Shown here in pieces: positions 59,168-64,000 of a stretch of 64,000 nt of DNA (positions within the stretch are counted from its first letter, which is position 1; each line of letters opens with the position of its first letter). Source of the DNA: Mobula hypostoma. Lineage: Eukaryota. The stretch lies in the NCBI RefSeq assembly GCF_963921235.1, contig NC_086126.1, positions 17,794,001 to 17,858,000 on the forward strand, in the 5' to 3' direction. The notes below the pieces were generated by a model. That model was not told the DNA's origin. It made no database searches and worked only from the letters and a program-made list of their open reading frames with translations. Position numbers and translations under genes: made by a program.

Positions 59168-60184
59168 ACTCAGTGTCTGTGGAAGGGCTGAGCAGCGGGT
59201 GATAGTTCAGTCACGATAGTTCAATGTCCGTCACGTTTCTTCCGCGAAGTAAACCGATATATATCTGCACAGAAATCGGTCCGCTTCGGTCCTGACTCAT
59301 TTCCCCTCTCTGCCGGCGCAATGGAGCTCTCTCCCCTTGCGGAGAGTCAGCGGGTTCACTAGGCCAGGTGTCGTGAAATTAATTTCCAGAGTCAGCCCCC
59401 GGACAGAGAATTTAATCTCCGATCATTGAACGACTCCGCTCTTCATGACCTAAATCCGCGTTGTCTGGGTTTGACATTGCGGGTTGACCCGGGACCGTTC
59501 CGGTGTGCAGCAGGTGGGAACATCACCTATTCGTTGCCTCATGAGAATTCCCACCGCCTCACAGAACAATAATATTTACAGTTATCTATAAAAGTGCATT
59601 TACCCTGTGGAACTGACAGTATTTACTGGAAATCTCGTCCACCCAGGTCTCTGAAATATAAATGAATATTTTGCGAAAGAGGTTGGTCAGAACTCCCGAG
59701 AGGGTCGCTCTGAGAACAGACTTTGGGTTGTGCCTGGGAGGGGGTGGGTGGGTGGATCGAGGTCTCCAGCACCGAAGGACCCGTCACTTGTCGAGTCTGA
59801 TTTCCCACAAAGAGCTTCAGTGTTGCCCTGTTTAATTACTTTGGTTCTGTCCTCGGGGATTTGCTTGGAAAAGCACTTCCTATAATTTAAAGCAGGAGAA
59901 TCAACAAATTCCCAGAAATCTCCCAGTATGTATGTGGTGTGTGAGGGAGTTTTGTTTTTCACTGGAGCGCTTTGTGTCGGATGAATCGTTGGAAATTGGC
60001 GGTTGTGGTAAAGTGAAGGCAGAGCAGGACGATGAGAGGCCGCTCTCGGCTCTGTCCATCACTCTGACTCTGTCTCCTCCCCTCCCCGCCTCTGTCTCTC
60101 TGCGCGTTTCTCGGGCAGGTCGGGGCGCTGTGTATAAATGGAGACAGCAGCAGGCAGTCTGTCAGTGAGCAGCGACCTGAGTGA

Positions 60185-60505
<321 letters not shown>

Positions 60506-60538
60506 AAAACTCCCACCTCCTCCCGAGCACAAAACAAA

Positions 60539-60554
60539 GGTTCTTCTAAGAGCC
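60539..60554 (+). terminator. Histone 3' stem-loop (H4), G-U wobble at pair 3
   Basis: GGTTCTTCTAAGAGCC ACCCA. Confidence 0.92.
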
Positions 60555-61171
60555 ACCCACCGCCTCACAGACGGAGCCGTATCCACAGACTTCTGGATAC
60601 TTTTAAAAAATTTATACTCAGCTCAGTTGCATTTGAAACAGAATGATCGGTTCCGCTTGAAACAATACTACAATTCTGCCTTTCCAGTCAGTGACTACCG
60701 CAAAACCTGCATTAGGATCGATCTTAATCCTCTATCAGTTTCGAACAGAAATTAGTTCACTCGTTTAGACAACGATTCCGTAGTTGTGCATTTAAATCTT
60801 AACTGAGGAAATTAGATATTAAATGAAACTGAAATTGTATAATCCGTGATAGAATTAATTGTAAATAAAAATAATCAGGCAGTTGCTGGCTGCTCTGAAA
60901 TTGGCGGGCGATTTGAAATTAATTCTGCGCCAATCACTCTGCAGGAATGAAGTCCAACCGCCAGTCAACAGTTTCCTATTTTGTCATAAATTGTTACTTG
61001 CCGCCAGCCTACAGGAAATGAATTAACCAATCGCAGTAAGGAACCTTAATAGACACCTGGTTCAACCAATCAGAGTTGATGGAAAGACCCTTTCCAACAG
61101 TATAAAATCCTGTCCCGGAGCGCGTTTCGTCTATCTTGTTCCTGTATTTCAGCCTGTGTTCTCGGTTCTGA

Positions 61172-61588
<417 letters not shown>

Positions 61589-61617
61589 ACCCGGCCTCCA
61601 CACCAAGCAGAAGAAAA

Positions 61618-61633
61618 GGCTCTTTTAAGAGCC
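61618..61633 (+). terminator. Histone 3' stem-loop (H3)
   Basis: GGCTCTTTTAAGAGCC. Confidence 0.95.
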
Positions 61634-62448
61634 ACAACCACAGCAAAGGAAAGGCCTGTCGCTTGCTGATCATTGTATTATTGTAGTGGTGATCTGCCCT
61701 CCTGATGGGGTTGTTCGGTTTTGCATTAACTGACCGCGATCGTCAGCTGTTCTGTGCCGTCAGGTTAATTCAGCAAGAGACAGGAGATGAACGCGCTCCC
61801 TCCGTCAGGGTCTCACCTGGCCCTTCACTTCTCCCACAAACCTGCTATGTACCGCTGGTTCGGCTGTTCCGTTTTGTTTGCTTTGGACATGCCCGGCTGT
61901 CCTTGGAGTGGGAGCATGCGGTCGCGATGGGTACAAATGGGCGACTTCCGAGAGCAGTAATTATATATTTTTGATTTTATTCTTGTAAATGTTATGTAAA
62001 TAAACTTTTGTAGCTGGTACCTGATTGAAGGTCAGTTGGCAAAGTCGCCGGGTAGTTTATCATATATCTTCCCCCTGAAGTCCATCCTCAGAGACAGATC
62101 CCTCTCTCAAGACGCCCCCTCCCCTCTCACATAGGATTCAGCAGTTCCCAATCAACTCAGCTGAATCGGGCCTTGGGATGCGAGGTGCGGAATCTCAGTC
62201 ACGCCCTCCTGGAGCGGGAGAAGGAACTGGGCCTGCAGACCACTCCACCGGTCTCACTCTCTCTCACTCACACACAGCCCGAGTGAAACACAGTGTTTCA
62301 CTTCAAATCTGGGACGTCACGGCCGCTCTGAATGTCAGAGAGGTACCGGGAATATCGGGTTTTATGCGAGAAGTTCCCCCGCAAAACTCAGTCGGACCCG
62401 CAGCGGGAATTACAAAATTCATGATCAGCTCTTTTCTGAGATGTGGGT

Positions 62449-62464
62449 GGCTCTGAGAAGAGCC
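62449..62464 (-). terminator. Histone 3' stem-loop (H1)
   Basis: Minus strand GGCTCTTCTCAGAGCC ACCCA...GAAAAGAGCTG. Confidence 0.95.
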
Positions 62465-62500
62465 GTTGGGTTCAAACACTTACAAACGGTATATCTGAAT

Positions 62501-63151
62501 TCACTTTTTGCCTGCTGTCTTCTTGGCCGCCGCCTTCTTCGGGGCTGCGAGTTTCTTGGGGCTCTTTGGCTTCGACGCCGCTGGTTTCTTCGCTGTCGCC
62601 TTTTTAGCCGCTGGTTTCTTAGTTGCTAGTTTTTTAGCTGCTGGTTTCTTAGTTGCTAGTTTTTTAGCCGCTGGTTTCTTAGTTGCTAGTTTTTTAGCCG
62701 CTGGTTTCTTAGTTGCCGCTTTCTTAGCCGCTGGGTTCTTGGCGCCAGACTTCTTGCTGGGAGATTTCTTGATGGCGGATTTCTTTACCGATGGCTTGTT
62801 CCCTTTCTTCACCGCTTTCACGGAGCTTTTTCCTTGACCGGATTTAAAGGATCCCGAAAGACCCGCGCCCTTGGTCTGAACCAAGGAGCCGCTTTCCACT
62901 CTCTTCTTGATGCACATCCTGATCTGGGCGCGACGTTTCCCCACATCGACACCGCTGCTGGTCAGAGCCTTCATGATGGCCACAGCGGACATCCCCTTCC
63001 TATCGCGACAATCCGCCACAATCTTATCGATTTGTTCGCCCAGTTTGGGACCGGCTGGTTTGCTCCGGCCGGCCGCCTTCTTCTTGGGAGTCTTCTTTGC
63101 GGCGGCGGGTGCGGCTGGAGGAGCCGTTTCGGCGGGTGCTGTCTCGGTCAT
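62501..63151 (-). CDS. H1: Linker histone H1, 216 aa
   Basis: Same globular domain as the 45435 copy, with a different C-terminal repeat (KKLATKKPAA). Confidence 0.96.
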   Translation of the reverse strand: MTETAPAETAPPAAPAAAKKTPKKKAAGRSKPAGPKLGEQIDKIVADCRDRKGMSAVAIMKALTSSGVDVGKRRAQIRMCIKKRVESGSLVQTKGAGLSGSFKSGQGKSSVKAVKKGNKPSVKKSAIKKSPSKKSGAKNPAAKKAATKKPAAKKLATKKPAAKKLATKKPAAKKLATKKPAAKKATAKKPAASKPKSPKKLAAPKKAAAKKTAGKK

Positions 63152-63219
63152 GTCGGCGACTCTGGAAAATGCTTCTCACAATCAGACTGAATGAGAACTG
63201 AAGCGAAAGGCGGCGATAC

Positions 63220-63652
63220 AGAGCATTTTAAAGGCAGCGAGCGGACGGGGCGGAGACATCCCGCTGTCAGCTCCCAGAGACTTTATTTTTCTGTGTTTCT
63301 CTCTCGTCAAAAACTCTCCGATTCCAATTAAAATCGGACACTCCGGAGACTCAGACTGGTCCCTGTCCGTCACTGAGGCCGCAAAGTTCGCTGGAAAGAG
63401 AGTTTAATCGGGATTAAAGGCAGCACTTTCTATTTTAACCCATTTGATTACTGCACTGCCCGCGATCTCTTTCCATTTTGTTGACCTGTTCTCTGCTTTT
63501 CGGCTGAAATTTTGAAACGAACTAAAACTTTGCGGTTAATTCCCGCTTCGGGACTGAGCTGGGGAGTGGGACCATCCCGTAACAGAGAAATCTTTTCATT
63601 TTGTACAGGAGGCGCTGGGAAATCCGGCGATGTGTTCGGGCCCACAAACACA
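63220..63652 (-). promoter_or_regulatory. H1 promoter: TTTAAA, GC box, AC box, TG box
   Basis: AAACACA on minus at 63292-63298; TGTGTTT at 63646-63652. Confidence 0.75.
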
Positions 63653-63735
63653 GTGATACTCGTCTAATCCGCCCGCCGCTTTAAAACACTCTCTCTGCAT
63701 CAGCAAGACAGGCAGCATCAATGGTGAGAATAAAC

Positions 63736-63771
63736 AGTGGACATTTCGGGCCGAGACCCTTCATCAGGACT
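63736..63771 (-). ncRNA. Minimal hammerhead ribozyme motif (slightly degenerate)
   Basis: Minus strand AGTC-CTGATGA-A-GGGTCTCGGCCC-GAAA-TG-TC-CACT; core intact, palindrome and stem I each with one change. Confidence 0.55.
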
Positions 63772-64000
63772 CTGGTAGGATATGCTGCCTGACTTGCTGG
63801 GTTCCTCAAGCATTTTGGCCGCGTTGTTCGCCTTTCCCAGAATCTCTTGGCGTTATGCTGACACAATGTTCACGTCTGCACCTTCAGAGGCCTGTACTGC
63901 TATCAAAATAAAACGACAGGTTCCTTGTCATATAACACGGTGATAAATCTGATTCTGATTCCAAGGAATAAAGGACAAAGGACATTGTCTGGCCAAACTG

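Noticed and set aside
59550-59565. 16-nt match (CCCACCGCCTCACAGA) to the H4 post-stem-loop sequence
   Set aside because: No stem-loop or flanking homology; about one chance 16-mer match is expected within a 64-kb window.

Overview
Vertebrate nuclear DNA, most likely from a cartilaginous fish such as a ray or skate. That assignment is inferred from the CR1, Penelope, Rex1 and V-SINE repeat families and the histone sequences. The first ~42.7 kb is a transposon-dense region holding three intact, dispersed tRNA genes (Gly-TCC, Asn-GTT, Asp-GTC), an orphan CpG-rich promoter and a complete but pol-deleted Gmr1-type gypsy LTR element (879-5824) with an intact SCAN-Gag-protease ORF. It also carries Penelope-like elements (GIY-YIG) with minimal hammerhead-ribozyme motifs, a Tc1 element, Nimb/I, Rex1 and Chapaev-like relics, and many CR1 LINE fragments. 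The last ~21 kb is the edge of a replication-dependent histone array: H4+ H3+ H1- ... H2B+ H2A+ H4+ H3+ H1-, with an H4-to-H4 distance of 17,147 bp and a 3' stem-loop on every gene. Five points stand out. (1) An intact CR1 ORF2 sits head-to-head with the H2A promoter and is in frame with ATGs supplied by host flanking DNA. (2) A hammerhead motif inside an inverted repeat lies upstream of both H1 genes. (3) There is an orphan, inverted H3 3' end. (4) H2B carries E71V/A74G. (5) The H1 AC-box/TG-box spacing is conserved at 353-354 bp. Repeat boundaries are approximate unless termini or target-site duplications are stated.
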